Source of the DNA: Octopus sinensis
Lineage: Eukaryota
Direction: 5' to 3'
DNA length: 64,000 bases
NCBI RefSeq assembly: GCF_006345805.1
Contig: NC_043022.1
Location: 10,602,001-10,666,000, forward strand
Part shown: piece by piece, positions 1 through 12,764 of the stretch
Layout: every line of letters begins with the position of its first letter
Numbering within the stretch: position 1 is the stretch's first letter
The notes under the pieces: generated by a model
Databases searched by the model: none
What the model saw: the letters and a program-made list of their open reading frames with translations, nothing else
What the model was told of the DNA's origin: nothing
Program-made: the position numbers and the translations under genes

Positions 1-383
1 CAGTCACGGCCCATGTTTCACTGCCATGTAGCATAGCTGTTCGTACACATGCATCATACAGTCTGCCTTTTACTCTGAGCGAGAGGCCTTTAGTCACCAG
101 CAGAGGTAAGAGCTCCCTAAACTTTGCCCAGGCTATTCTTATTCTAGCAGTTACACTTTCAGCGCACCCACCCCCACTACTGACTTGGTCACCTAGATAG
201 CGGAAGCTATCAACTACTTCTAGTTTTTCCCCCCGGAAAGTGACGGAAGTTGTTTTCTGCAGATTTTCGGAGGTCAATGCTCCTGAGCATCTGCCACATA
301 CAAAAACTATCTTCCCAGTTAGCCTACCTTTGACATTGCTGCACCTCTTATGTGTCCATAGCTTACACTGGGTACATCTTATA
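1..383 (-). mobile_element. RTE-clade LINE fragment (region C-terminal to RT)
   Basis: The reverse complement matches the RTE copy at 28850-29150. It reads ..VDSFRYLGDQVSSGGGCAESVTARIRIAWAKFRELLPLLVTKGLSLRVKGRLYDACVRTAMLHGSETWAVT. Confidence 0.85.
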
Positions 384-575
384 ATAATAAAAATAATATC
401 GAAAAATACCTTGGGAATGAGAAGCCACATCTTATAATAATAAAAATAATATCGAAAAATACCTTGGGAATGAGAAGCCACCTGATGAAGGCTGGAGGGT
501 ATATCAGCCGAAATGTTGTATTAACAATAAACAAAATGAGGACAAATATCTGTCAAATTTAAATAATGTAAATTT
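381..575 (+). mobile_element. Penelope-like (PLE) terminal fragment with degenerate minimal hammerhead motif; 53-bp tandem duplication at its start
   Basis: CTGATGA at 482-488, stem II GGCTG/CAGCC, GAAA at 510-513. 381-433 is duplicated at 434-481. Confidence 0.55.
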
Positions 576-679
576 AAATAATATTTGTGTGTGTGTGTTT
601 ATTTTCTTTATTTCCTTTATATATTTCATCCCAAAGGCTCTGGCTATGCTGGAGCACTGCCAATGTAATCACCTTTTCA

Positions 680-1105
680 GAGGCCATTTCTATGCTTTTA
701 GTGAAGGACGGAGTTTGACACAGCTACCCTCTTTTGAGTATTTTGCCATGATATAGGTTCATCTGGGATCTTGGACATCGGGGGATCGAGTTGTTTCTTG
801 AAAACATTGACCCCTATTGCATAGAGATTCCTCAGATGTTTTGGCAAGGCATTAAATAGTTGTGGGACCTTGAATTCCGAGCTACTGCAGTACACGGTCT
901 TACCTCTAGACAGGATAGCTGGGACTTTTGGAACTATGCAGTAACATCTAGTTCGGTGATTAGTATAACTCTTGATGCCAAAGTTTGGTGCCAACCTCTC
1001 CAAGATCTTCCATACATATATCAATATATACCTCTCCTACCTTTGCTCCAAGGAGTAGAGTCATATCTTTTTCAATCTCTCCCAGTAGCTCAGCTGTTCC
1101 ATTGA
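680..1105 (-). mobile_element. CR1-group LINE 3' ORF fragment
   Basis: ORF 698-1024 reads IYVWKILERLAPN...PQLFNALPKHLRNL, typical of the CR1-group C-terminus. Confidence 0.6.
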
Positions 1106-1118
1106 TGTAATCTACACA

Positions 1119-1413
1119 TTATTCTTTGTAAGCCTAGTACTTATTCTATCGGTCTCTTGTGCCGAACCACTAAGTTACGGGGATGTAAACACACCTACAC
1201 CGGTTGCCAAGCGATGGTGGGGGGACAAACACACAAACATATACATATATATATATATACGACGGATTTCTTTCCCTCTACCAAATCCACTCACAAGACT
1301 TTGGTTGGCCTGAGGCTATAGTAGAAGACACTTGCCCAAGGTGCCACGCAGAGGGACTGAACCCAGAACCATGTGGTTGGTTAGCAAGCTACTTACCACA
1401 CAGCCACTCCTGC
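1119..1413 (-). mobile_element. tRNA-derived CORE-like SINE (family A)
   Basis: Reverse complement of the head GCAGGAGTGGCTGTGTGG..GGTTCAGTCCC followed by CCTTGGGCAAGTGTCTT. The family recurs more than 15 times in the window; boundaries approximate. Confidence 0.8.
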
Positions 1414-1789
1414 ATGGCTGTATATGTTTATGTATATGTGTATATGTGTATATATACATACATACATATATATATATGTGTGTGTATATATATATATATG
1501 TGTGTGTGTATATGTATATGTATATGTATGTATGTATATATATATATGTATATGTATATATATATATAATGACAGAAACTCGCCACAAGGTGAGCACGCA
1601 ACAGGAAAGATCTTCAGAGGAAGAACTCTCATCTGATAAGTGTTTTGGCCCTTATACCTGACACTGTTTGGGAGCTGGGCCCACCCAGGTCATGACTTCT
1701 AGGTGTCCTCCAGTTGCCTTCTAAAATCTTGTCTCCAGAGGGATTTGAACCCAGGTCATTCTTTTATTCCCAGGTCTGTGTCTCAGGCC

Positions 1790-2110
1790 GCTCTGACCAA
1801 CAGAGGAATGAGTTCTCTTCTTCCTTCTATTCCTGTAAATAACCAATGGAATCCATAACTAGGTCCATTGGTCATTCCTCTTTGCCCATATCCACACTGA
1901 GCCCATTTCAGCCACATCAGACAAGCATTTAATTGTGGCAGTCCTTCAGCAGCCTTTAATATCCAACTGCCTGAGTTGCTCACAGTTTGATATGGCCATG
2001 AATCCTCATGATCCAACCTCAGCTGGTTTCACAGTACAGTGGCAACCACCACTCCCTAGCTGCTTTGCCAGCTCATCATCTTAAAGATGTGCTGCTCTTC
2101 AATGCAGGTC
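1790..2110 (-). mobile_element. HERO-like (REL endonuclease) non-LTR retrotransposon C-terminal remnant
   Basis: Minus frame reads DELAKQLGSGGCHCTVKPAEVGS*GFMAISNCEQLRQLDIKG..LSDVAEMGSVWIWAKR, resembling the HERO-clade PVEVGxRGF..WLW motif. Degenerate. Confidence 0.5.
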
Positions 2111-2682
2111 TCATATGGTACTGACAATTCAATGAGAATCACTTAGGCACCCTGTTCAGACTGGGAGTACCAGCGAAATTGTCATGCTCACAAATTTTTA
2201 AAACTTCTTAAAACCAAAAGAGTAATTGATTTGCAATTTTCCATGTTTTCTGGAGGAGGCGCTTGGCTGTACTGACACCAATTTAACAGGATCCAGTGTG
2301 TCCAAGGACTGCATCAGGCTCCAATGACTGCTTTGGCATGGTTTTTAAGGTTGGATCGGACGCTTTTGATCATGTGTCTGTTTGATCAGTATTAATTTGG
2401 ATGTATACAATATCAAGAATAATAAAAACAGCAAGAAGCAAAAACAACAAAAACCAAAAAAATGAGTACTTTTCCCTTCTTTTTCTTTCTAAATAATAAA
2501 ATAACAATAAGATAAGATTTGCAAAGAAGAGAAAGTGCTGAATCCCACAAAAGATGGTTGGACTAATCAATAGGTTCAGCAGCTTGAATTACAGTTGCAG
2601 TAAATCTTAATCTTTTACTAAACTACAATCTGTTCTGTTTTGTCATTCATTTATTTGGAAGACATACTTACAGTCATATATA

Positions 2683-2722
<40 letters not shown>

Positions 2723-2776
2723 CATATATGTACATATGTATGTATATATATATATATATACATATACACACACATG

Positions 2777-2817
<41 letters not shown>

Positions 2818-3259
2818 ATACATGTGCATGGACACAGACACATGTGTTTGCAAAAAATATACACACACACATACATGCATATACTTATATACATATACTT
2901 ATATATACATATGATCACACACGCACACAGACATACATAGATATGCATAAATGGGCATATATAAAGAAATATGTGCATTGATGCAATGCATACAGGCAGA
3001 CATGCACTCATAAACATGCATACAAACACACTTACATGTAGACACATACACACCAATATGTATACATATACATGCAAGCAAACACTCAAAGAAATGCACA
3101 CATATATACACAGTCAGCCCAATCCTACCTCCACAGACACACACAAACACAAATGTATATGCACAAATAAGTACCTTCAAAGAAATATATATATTATATA
3201 TATATTTCAATATGTATAAATTTCTATCTATCTATCTATCTATCTATCTAACTATCTAT

Positions 3260-3800
3260 CAGTTGAGGCAAGTGAGAATCGAATCAAATCAAATCAAATC
3301 GAACCAAATCAAAATAGATGAACATCAATGGAATTTGTATCCTTGTGGTACCAGTGCCGGTGGCACATAAGAAAACCATCCGAACATGACCGTAGCCAGT
3401 ACCGCAACGACTGGGATCCGTGCTGAGGGCACGTTACAAACACCATCCGAGCATGGCCGTTCGCCAGCCTCGTCTGGCACCTGTGTCGGTGACACATAAG
3501 AAAACACCATCCGAGCGTGGCCGTCTGCCAGCCTCGTCTGGCACCTGTGTCAGTGGCACATAAAAAAAAAACATCATCCAAGCGTGGCCGTCTGCCAGCC
3601 TTGTCTGGCACCTGTGTCGGTGGCACATAAAATCACCCACTACACTCTCGGAGTGGTTGGCGTTAGGAAGGGCATCCAGCTGTAGAAACACTGCCAGGTC
3701 TGACTGGCCTGGTGCAGCCTTCGGGCTTGCCAGACCCCAGTTGAACCGTCCAACCCATGCTAGCATGGAAAGCGGATGTTAAACGATGATGATGATGATG
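3260..3800 (+). mobile_element. RTE LINE 3' UTR fragment with internal tandem units and (GAT)n tail
   Basis: Matches the 3' UTR attached to the RTE ORF at 42889-43603 (GGTTGGCGTTAGGAAGGGCATCC..GATGATG). Similar fragments lie near 5.5, 16.3, 18.6, 18.9, 31.5, 34.9, 36.1, 37.3, 37.8 and 56.1 kb. Confidence 0.8.
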
Positions 3801-3857
3801 ATACACATATCTATATATATATATCTATATTTATATCTATATATATATATATATATA

Positions 3858-4062
3858 CCGAAGTAAACACATAAATGTGAAACAAGGTGGAAAAAAGAGT
3901 ACTCAAATACCAGTGGTAGAGTAATATGCTTTATTTAAAGCAGCAGAAAATTCAACAAAACCTGTTACTCTGAGTTTCCCGTTGCCGTTCATCGGAGAGT
4001 TAACGGCAACGGGAAACTCAGAGTAACAGGTTTTGTTGAATTTTCTGCTGCTTTAAATAAAG
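3858..4062 (-). mobile_element. PLE-like terminal fragment with 61-bp fold-back, between (TA)n tracts
   Basis: Perfect inverted arms at 3929-3989 and 4002-4062. Same family as 30269-30433. HHR-like core on the minus strand at 3961-4000. Confidence 0.6.
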
Positions 4063-4830
4063 TATATATATATATACTTATACATAAACATAGGTTCACA
4101 CACATACGTACACACAAAGAAATACCCATATACACACAAACAGGGACACTCACAAACACATATGTGCACAAATAGTTACACTACCACCCCTACAAACACA
4201 CACACACACACACATGCAGATGCCTCCACCTACACATCTACCCCTACTGCACATCATCACTTGAGGAAGACGCTCACTTTGTTTGGAACAATGATGGACG
4301 GGGGGGGGGATATAAGCCCCCCCCCCCGCAACATCAGCTTCTCATCAACGGAATGTCAAGCATGAACGCTCAGTGTTATTTTCTCGTTTCTTGTTGTTTT
4401 TAACACCTACACATCTTTTTTCTGCAGATTTGTTTCAGCAAGCCCTTCAAGAAAAATTATCTTTTTAAGAGTACAATGTGTTATTTGTCATGTACCTAGA
4501 ATAGGTATGTGTGTATGTATGTGTGCATGTGTGAAAAAGATGGTAAAATTATTCTTTTCTACCCCAGGCAGTACTTTTAAATAGGCAGTACTTTGGGGGT
4601 CTGCTGTAGACAATATGTGTTTTTTTTTGTGGGGTCCGGGTGTGGCAAACGGAAGGGCTGCCCTGGGTGGTACACACTCTAGCTACATTAGTGCTAAGGT
4701 TGACTTTATTTTTCATCCATTCAGGTTGGTAAAATAAATATCAGTAGAAAAATGGGGTCAATGTAATTGACTTATCCCCTCGCCCGAAATTGCTGGCCTT
4801 GTGCCAAAATTTGAAATCAAAATTATTAAA

Positions 4831-5005
4831 GGCGTAGGAGTGGATGTGTGGTAAGTAGCTTGCTTATCAACCACATGGTTCTGGGTTCAGTCCCACTGTG
4901 TGGTACCTTAGGCAAGTGTCTTCTACTATAGCCTCAGTCCGACCAAAGCTTTGTGAGTGGATTTAGTAGATGGAAGCTGAAAGAAGCCTGTTGTATATAT
5001 GTATA

Positions 5006-5101
<96 letters not shown>

Positions 5102-5324
5102 GTGTGTGTATATGTTTGTGTGTCTGTGTTTGTCCCCTCAACATCGCTTGACAACTGATGCTGGTGTGTTTACATCCCTGTAACTTAGCGGTTCGGCAAA
5201 AGAGACCGATAGAATAAGTACTAGTCTTACAAAGAATAAGTCCTGGGGTCGATTTGCTCGATGAAAGGCAGTGCTCCAGCATGGCCGCAGTCAAGTGACT
5301 GAAACAAGTAAAAGAGTAAAGAGT
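4831..5324 (+). mobile_element. CORE-like SINE family A, full length with internal (TA)n
   Basis: tRNA-like head, CORE-like box, 3' tail AAACAAGTAAAAGAGTAAAG. Confidence 0.85.
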
Positions 5325-6224
5325 ATAGTATCAGTTGAAGACCCTGCTTACATTCAAAGTTCAAATCCTAGCAGGGTTAACTTTACCAGCATTAGTTGCA
5401 GTACCCGTCAATGTCCTGATTTCAAATCTCACCAAGGTTAATGGTGCAGTTCATCTTTTCCAGGGTTGATGAAGTAAAGTACCTTTCTGGTGCACGTGAG
5501 CATTTTAATGGCAAAAAAACAGAACCCGTTTCAGTGCCACGTAAAAAAACCCTGTGTGTGTGTGCCACATAAGAAGCATTCATGCTAGTGTCATGTAAGT
5601 GGCACCTATGCCAGTGCCACATAAAAGGAACTTGTGCCAGTGCCATATAGAAGGCATGCATGCTAGTGCCTCATAAAGAGGCACGCATGCTAGTGCCATG
5701 AAGAAGAGCATTCATGCTGGTCCCACATGAAAACACTCGTGCTGGTGCCATGTAAAAGGTACCCATTACATTCTAAAGTGGTGGGCACTAGGAAGGGCAT
5801 CCAGCTGTAGAAACAATGCCAAAACAGAGAATTGGAGCCTGGGCAGATCTGCAGCTGGCCAGCTCCTGTCAAACTGTCCAACCCATACCAGTGATGAGAG
5901 AGCTTTGCCTAACAAACAACCAAATGATAGGTTAAGCAGCACATTAAATAAATGATCAGTTAGTTAGTTGGTTAGATATTAAACCAATGAATTAACAATA
6001 AAGAAGTGATATTGAACCAGTGTGTGTGTTTATTATTATTATTGGCATAATGACCCTCCCAAGACACAAGATTTGTTTTAGCACATGAATTCATGTTGAG
6101 AATCTTGCAAGCTAAATACAAAAACAGTGTTAGCACTATGATGGTGGAAATCCTCTGTGCATATTCAGACAATTATATTCTGCAAACACTCTTTACATAC
6201 AATACATTGTGGCACATAGTGGCA

Positions 6225-6550
6225 CTGGTACTCTGTCGGTTATGACAACGAGGATTCCAGTTGATCCAATCAATGGAACAGCCTGCTCATGATATTAACA
6301 TGCAAGTGGCTGAGCACTCCACAGACACATGTACCCATAACGTAATTCTGAGGGAGGACCAGCGTGACACAGAATGCAATAAGGTTGGCCCTTTGAAATA
6401 CAGGTACAACTCATTTTTGTCAGCTGAGTGAACTGGAGTAATGTGAAATAAAATGTCTTGCCCAAGGATACAATGCATTGCTGGAAATTAAACTCACTAC
6501 CTTATGATCGTGAGCCGAATACCCAAACCACAAAGCCATGTGCCTTCACA
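6225..6550 (-). mobile_element. tRNA-derived CORE-like SINE (family B)
   Basis: Head GTGAAGGCACATGGC and CCTTGGGCAAGAC box. Related copies near 33296-33510, 36245-36465 and 46190-46330. Confidence 0.7.
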
Positions 6551-7537
6551 CAACATATAGTGAAAAATATATATCCTGTGGCTGTATTATTATTATTCAG
6601 ACGTGCTTAGTTGTGTATTTGTATATGTATGGGTTCTGTATGTATTTACATTGATATACACCCTGGTTGTTTGCTGGTTTCTTTAAACATGTGATAATCT
6701 TTATTATTGTTCTTAAACATTAAAATGTTTTATCTGGATCTGATATAATCCACTTATTCTTTCTATCACAGATTATTTTTTGATATTGGCACCGGTCTTC
6801 TTGTCCTCTCTTCTCATCATTTTTTTCCTTTTCATTTTCATTACAACCATCTCACTAAAAAAAAACAAAGAAAAGAACAAAAGAACAATTAAGAAAAACT
6901 AAAAAATGATAAAACATAAAATGAAAGAAATAATAAATAAATAAAGGTAAAATAAAGAAAGCAAGAAAAACAAGCAAAAAAAGAAAATAGCTCCAAACAC
7001 CAAGGGAGATAAGCGAAAGGATGAAAGGTAAAGTCAACCTCGGCGGAATTTGAACTCAGAACGTAACGGCAGACGAAATGCCGCTGAGCATTTCGCCTGG
7101 TGTGCTAACGTTTCTGCCAGCTCGCCGCCTTTAACACAAATTTGGCAGCTGCGAGTTTGACAATGTAAAGAAACTAAAAGCTAACCTAAAGTAATTGCTC
7201 TTGAAGTTGTAGATCAGACATCAAAATAGCACCAAGTGGTTTTTATAGCAGTTTTCATCTCTTGTCTTACACTTTTACAAAGTGATTGATCGAGTGTTCT
7301 TTATTGTATAAACAGATACGCACTTGATCATCAGTTTTAGGAACTCATGGTGCTGCAATACCCGTGAGGCTGCGGGTGAGAAGGTAGTGACATCAATCCC
7401 CTCTCATCATGAGCTGAAAAGTAGGGGAACACACCTCACATGTTCTTCTCTAAACTATTTCCAACACTGCGTTTCATTAACACATTCTGTGTTTTCCCAT
7501 TGTTATACACTCTAAAATTACTCCGTTGACAGTTTTC

Positions 7538-7643
7538 GGATCTTTTCGGTTTGAACGGCAGTTTTTAACAAGTATACGAAGTTTAAAATTTTTTAGTTAC
7601 CTAGAAATTATGTTAAAAACTGCAGTTCAAACCGAAAAGACCC
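7538..7643. mobile_element. Short MITE, GGATC TIRs, 8-bp TSD (Merlin-like)
   Basis: TIR GGATCTTTTCGGTTTGAAC / GTTCAAACCGAAAAGACCC. TSD CAGTTTTC at 7530-7537 and 7644-7651. Confidence 0.75.
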
Positions 7644-8033
7644 CAGTTTTCAAGTAATGCTTAGGCACTAAACAAGATCGCTGTAGTCTTTCCCGTCCTT
7701 ATTCAGCCTAAATTTACTGTTTGCAGTCCTCAAATGAATGCCTAGGGATCCAATTGGATACTTTTACTTTATGTTTTACTTTTTACGTGTTTCAGTTTTC
7801 AGGCTGCAGCCATGCTGAAGCACCTCCTTGAAGAATTTTTAGTCGAATGACTCAACCCCACTACTTTTTTTTAAAGCCTGGTACTTATTCTATCAATCTC
7901 TCTTGCTGAACAGCTAGGGTAACAGGGATGTAAACACACCAACACTAAGCGGTGGTGGGGAACAAACACAGACGCAAAGACACACATATAAATCCTTAAG
8001 TTAATGGTTATGGATTAAATAAAATCCTTGGAG

Positions 8034-8444
8034 GGATCTTTTCGGTTTGAACGGCAGTTTTTAAAAATAATTTCCACGAAACTAAAACTTTTAAACTTCG
8101 TATACTGGTAGAATGTGTTTATAAAACATCTTTTTCTCTTGGCTTTATTGAGAAAATTCTATAGTTTGTAAGATACTTTTTGTTTTTTTCTTCAATTTCT
8201 GCAGTTTCAACCAATCAATGACGTCTATTGGGGTTAAAACTTTCTGTTCCGTATGAAAATATCCCTCGTTTGAGAAACAGATTGGGTTTATTTACATTTG
8301 TGAAAAAAAAAGATACCCTTCCCCTCACTAACCCTAATCTTAAAACAGATTGAAATGCAATAGATCGATACTAGGGTCATAATTATGGGTGACAATTTCA
8401 TATGACACCGCTAGAAAAAACTGCCGTTCAAACCAAAAAGATCC
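8034..8444. mobile_element. MITE, GGATC TIRs, 8-bp TSD (Merlin-like)
   Basis: ~27-bp TIRs. TSD CCTTGGAG at 8026-8033 and 8445-8452. A truncated relative lies at ~14207-14450. Confidence 0.8.
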
Positions 8445-11194
8445 CCTTGGAGTCCCGTCTTTATACAGTCTAAAATTATTGCTTGAGGTCAAATTAATGG
8501 ATAATGGATGGATAAAATAAAATCCTTGTCGTCTGATTTTCAATCAGAAATTGAGCCGGACAGGGGGAATAACTCATGGTTGATAAAGAGCAAATTTTTA
8601 CTTTTCTAATTTACTTTTGTTATCATAGAATCATATTCTCTTTTCTGTGGAATTTCTTGTATTTTTTTCAGTCATTGTTTGATAATATCACTTATCCTAA
8701 AACACATGTAATGCACATTAAAATTTCAATAAATTAATAAATAAAAAATCCATGTCTTTCAAACGGCTTAAACCTCACCACCATCGCTTACCACGAAACA
8801 CCATCGTGACTTTGGAATAGTTGTCACAATTCAAATGATTTTTTTTATTTCGGTAATTTTTGTCATTTCTGAAACACTTGTAATGCACATAATTTGTAAA
8901 AAGAAAGTTGGGGCTTTTCCCCCCAAAATTAATATTCCCAAACTTCGTAACACCTTCTCCCGCCCGTCCATGCGACATCAAAATTAGATGACTTTAATGG
9001 AGATGTCTTACGTAAGTGAATGTGTGAAAAACAAAATTAATATTTTGAAAGCAGCATCTATAAAAGGGTCATTTCAGTTGTTTGAAATGAAGAAAAGAAT
9101 ATTTTTAATAGAAGAAAAGCATAATGGGACAAAGAGGAGAACGCGAAAAGCTTTCATCTCATGATAACAGTCTTTCCAGCAACACCTTTTTTAACTAAAA
9201 CGGTATGTTTTTTCTTATTTCTATTTGTTTTTCGTTTACATTTTTTAAGTGAATATTTTTTTTACCCTTTGAGGCAGGGGAAACTTGTCTAGAAATATTG
9301 ATATCCTAAACCAGGTACGGAGACCCTTTTTCGAGATCGTTCATCATCAGGCGAGGCCGCGCTACTGAAAGCATTTAAAGTAATTTTTCAACAGGCGTGC
9401 CATTCAAAAAATCCCGCGGGCCGCAGATTGCCTGTGAATACCATAAACCGATCGCTAGTATCTTGGTGTCTTGAAGAGAAGTTGATCCACAATTCCGTCT
9501 CGTCTGGAAAATGAAGATAAATAAAAAAAAAAGAAAACGATGGCATGCAAAGTTCGATTTAATATGAATTATATCGATTTCTGTTTGCTTTTGTCGTACT
9601 TTAAATTGACTTCTGCTTGTTTAGAACTAAAAATGTTGTAGTCCACTCGTGGCTCATAATCGTTGTAAGATTATGAGACAGAGATGGATGGAGTACAGCG
9701 TTAACCTCTGATTTTCGACTCTTAGAGAGGTGTAAGTGTTTTATAGTATTATAAACTTCCACTTTCCGAACTCGAACCCTTTGAACTTTAACATACCCCC
9801 TAGTTTCTGTTATTCACATCCAGCACTGTATAATAAAGTCGTGTTTAGATGAAGGGAAGTCGTTTAAGGAATGGTGGGCCATTTTGGCCACAGTACAGGG
9901 CGGTCAAAATCCAGGCTACGTTATTGAGTGTATCAAATCCCTTCAGAGGTGATGAATGACTAAATTAACTCAGACTTCGATTGATACCTTCCAGTCTTGT
10001 TAAACAATTACATGACTTTGGTGGAAATTGTTCAGTTTGGTGATAAATAAAAATTAAGGGGGACAAAGGTAATAAAAGAAGCGAAGGGACAGGACATAAG
10101 TCAAAGATGTTTGGTCATGATCAAGACGTCCACACATAAAATATAGAAAATATGTGGATCGGAAGTTGAGACGACAGTTTGGGACATCGGACGAATTGTT
10201 TTGTTTCGTATCTGCATGAGTTTCTCTGGCGTAATTCCGCTGAAAAAAATAAGACATTTGGGAGGCAGGTCGTGCTTAGATAATTTACAGGCTTGTCTAA
10301 AACGTATAAGCCATTAAAGTGAACTGACTCGGAGTCAGAAATGAAAATGCGACCGAGGGATCCGTCTGGGAGAAGTTTTACAGAACTCTAATTTCTAAAG
10401 TCCTAAATACAGAGCAGAGAGTTGGCCCAAAACTTGTCAACGAAATTGGAAACTGCAAAAGCTCGTCATTTAGACAGAGAAACTGCATCTAAATCAAAGG
10501 GAACAGCGATATTACACACCCAGAGTTATTCTGACTGGGGATTATGTTAAAGGTGCAAGTATTAGCGGAATATTCGTCCACTTTTACTGTAAAACAAGGA
10601 CTATACCAGCAATTGAAACACTCAGCTTAGTGTCAAGTTGATTCAGTCTGAGTATAAAATAATGTTAACAGTGGAAGTATCTGGAAAACTCGGCTACTTT
10701 GAGTATAATTATTTCTAATTTAAGCTCAAGGACGGCAATTTTGAGAAGAGAGAATTAATCGATACCATCAACCCCAATGCTAGACCATGGAAAAATGAAA
10801 AGTAACTTTGACCTTGGTGGGATTTGTGCTCAGAACATAAAGAGCCAACTGTAAATTATTCTTCCGACCCTCCAACCATTCTGTCACATGGAATGTTACA
10901 TTAGGTCAAGAGAGACAGTAGTATCGCACATACAAAGTACTATACCGATTCTGTCTGAGTTATTTACATTAAGGATGCAAATATCTGTGGAATGTGAGAT
11001 AATTGCATTAAGTTATCGATGTGTATCTTAAAATAACCCTCTTCCCTTACGATGGGTCAGATCCCTCGGCGGAGGTAAAGAATAATCACAACACCCGTTT
11101 TCGGCGTAACCTAAACCCTAACACTAACCCTAAACCTTGACTCTAATCCTAAACACCGGGTGTGCATTTACCTTCGCTCAGATCCTTAATCTGT

Positions 11195-11770
11195 GGCGCT
11201 ACGTGTATCCATGTTCTCCGGCACCAACCTTGCTGTATCGGCTGCAAACCCGGGTATCGCCGCCCGTAACGCAAACGAGAGAAAATTAAATAAACATAGG
11301 AACCTGATCAGCCGCTATCAGTTTGTGCCCGTCACCGTCGAGACCTCAAGTGTTCTCGAACCCCGTATTGCTGATTTCCTCTACAAAATCATAACTGGCC
11401 CGTTTGTAAAACGATCCCCGCAAAGTGAGGTAGCTGGTGCAGCGAGTGTCGTAATGCCGCCACCACGGTCATGTCCGCAGGACGTGGCTGAACGCCATTT
11501 GTTCTGGGACATGCCCGTCTTCTGCTGCTCAATTCCCCTCCGTTTTTTCTCTTTTTCTTTGTTTCCTTGTAATTAAATTCGGAGTGAATGATGACTTGCC
11601 AATAAAACTCGTTAGGAATTAGTTTCTATTAAAACGTTTCTCATGGCCCCAGCAGACAAAACGGGAAAAGCGTTGTCCCGGAGGATAGCGTGGGAGATGC
11701 GCTGTAACAGCCACTCTGACATACAGGTTCACACTCGTGGACAGCAATCTCCGCCCCGATAGCTGCGAGC
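11195..11770. mobile_element. CRE-like (REL-type) non-LTR C-terminal remnant in two opposite-strand pieces
   Basis: Plus strand ~11195-11390 reads AARNANERKLNKHRNLISRYQFVPVTVETSSVLEP. Minus strand ~11641-11770 reads LAAIGAEIA../WLLQRISHAILRDNAFPVL. Confidence 0.5.
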
Positions 11771-12250
11771 AGAGATATAATAATAATAATGAAATTATTG
11801 TATACAGTGCTCAGGTGCACCACAACTTGTCAAAAAGTGCGTATAAAGCATATGCAGTAATGTACAAATGTCTGGAAAGTGAACAGTGTATGAGTCAGAT
11901 ACATACTTGTGTGTGTATGGAGGGGAGAAAATCAGGTGCAGTGTTGGCAAATCTCAGGAAGCATGGAAGTTTTGAAGGATGCAGTGCTCCAACAACTAAC
12001 AACTGATGCCAGCAGTTTGTTCCATGCTTCAGCAACTCTCAACGTGAAAAAATGTTCCCGGAAGTCATGGGAGCTGTGCTGTTTACTGACTTTATAAATA
12101 TGCCCACGGGTGTTAGACGGGTGGAGTTTGAAAAGGTGCTCAGAGTTATTGTTAGTGATATGGTCCAGGGGTCAAGAACACCGGACGCCTCAACTGTGAC
12201 AGGCTTGACCATATAAACCCGTAGGAGAGTGACCGATACTTTACTCAATC
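11765..12250 (-). mobile_element. CR1-type LINE 3' fragment
   Basis: Same family as the 3' end of 20360-22694, with an (ATT)n tail. Other fragments at 31930-32300, 42045-42295 and 60060-60110. Confidence 0.8.
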
Positions 12251-12524
12251 TTTATGTAAGTAAAACTATCTTAATCAATCGTTCTTTATTATTCATCATT
12301 TTAATGTTGTTGTTAATGTTATCTATTGAATATCAAACTCTCAGGCAAGCCCCATGGTTAAACGAGGGGATTCGAAGAGAGAAGGGAACTGGCAGGCAGC
12401 CACGAAGGAAGATGTTACTTGTAAACAAGCAGAGGACTGTATGTGAACTATACGATGCGAATCCTCTCGTTTTGAAACTTAAGTTGTTTTTTTTCTGCGT
12501 AACAAACTACTCAGCCACTTACAG

Positions 12525-12714
12525 CAGGGGTCCCTAACCAACGGGCCACGGACCAGTAACGAGTCGCACAGAAAAATAAATGTTAAAATTATATTTCTAT
12601 TATCTATCGCAGTTTGAAGACTATTTTTGCATTATATGTGTAATAATCAGGATTATATATTATGCACTTCGTGTAATCCCTCGGTCTGTAGTGCAAAAAA
12701 AGTTGGTGGGGCTG
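12525..12714. mobile_element. hAT/Charlie-like MITE
   Basis: Ends CAGGGGTCCCTAACC..GGGCCACGGACC and AAAAAAGTTGGTGGGGCTG resemble hAT MITE termini. No clean TSD seen. Confidence 0.45.
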
Positions 12715-12764
12715 CTAACTTATAACTATAACTGAAATGAGTGTTTTAGTTGATCGAACAACAA

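Noticed and set aside
2640-3219. Many ORFs rich in Y/I/C/V/H/T (here and throughout the ORF track)
   Set aside because: These are translations of (TA)n, (CA)n and (TG)n microsatellites, not genes.
9315-9360. CTGATGA..GAAA on the minus strand
   Set aside because: No stem I or stem III pairing and only a weak stem II.
10340-10480. RGSVWEKF peptide reminiscent of a BED-finger start
   Set aside because: The expected Cys/His ligands are not present.
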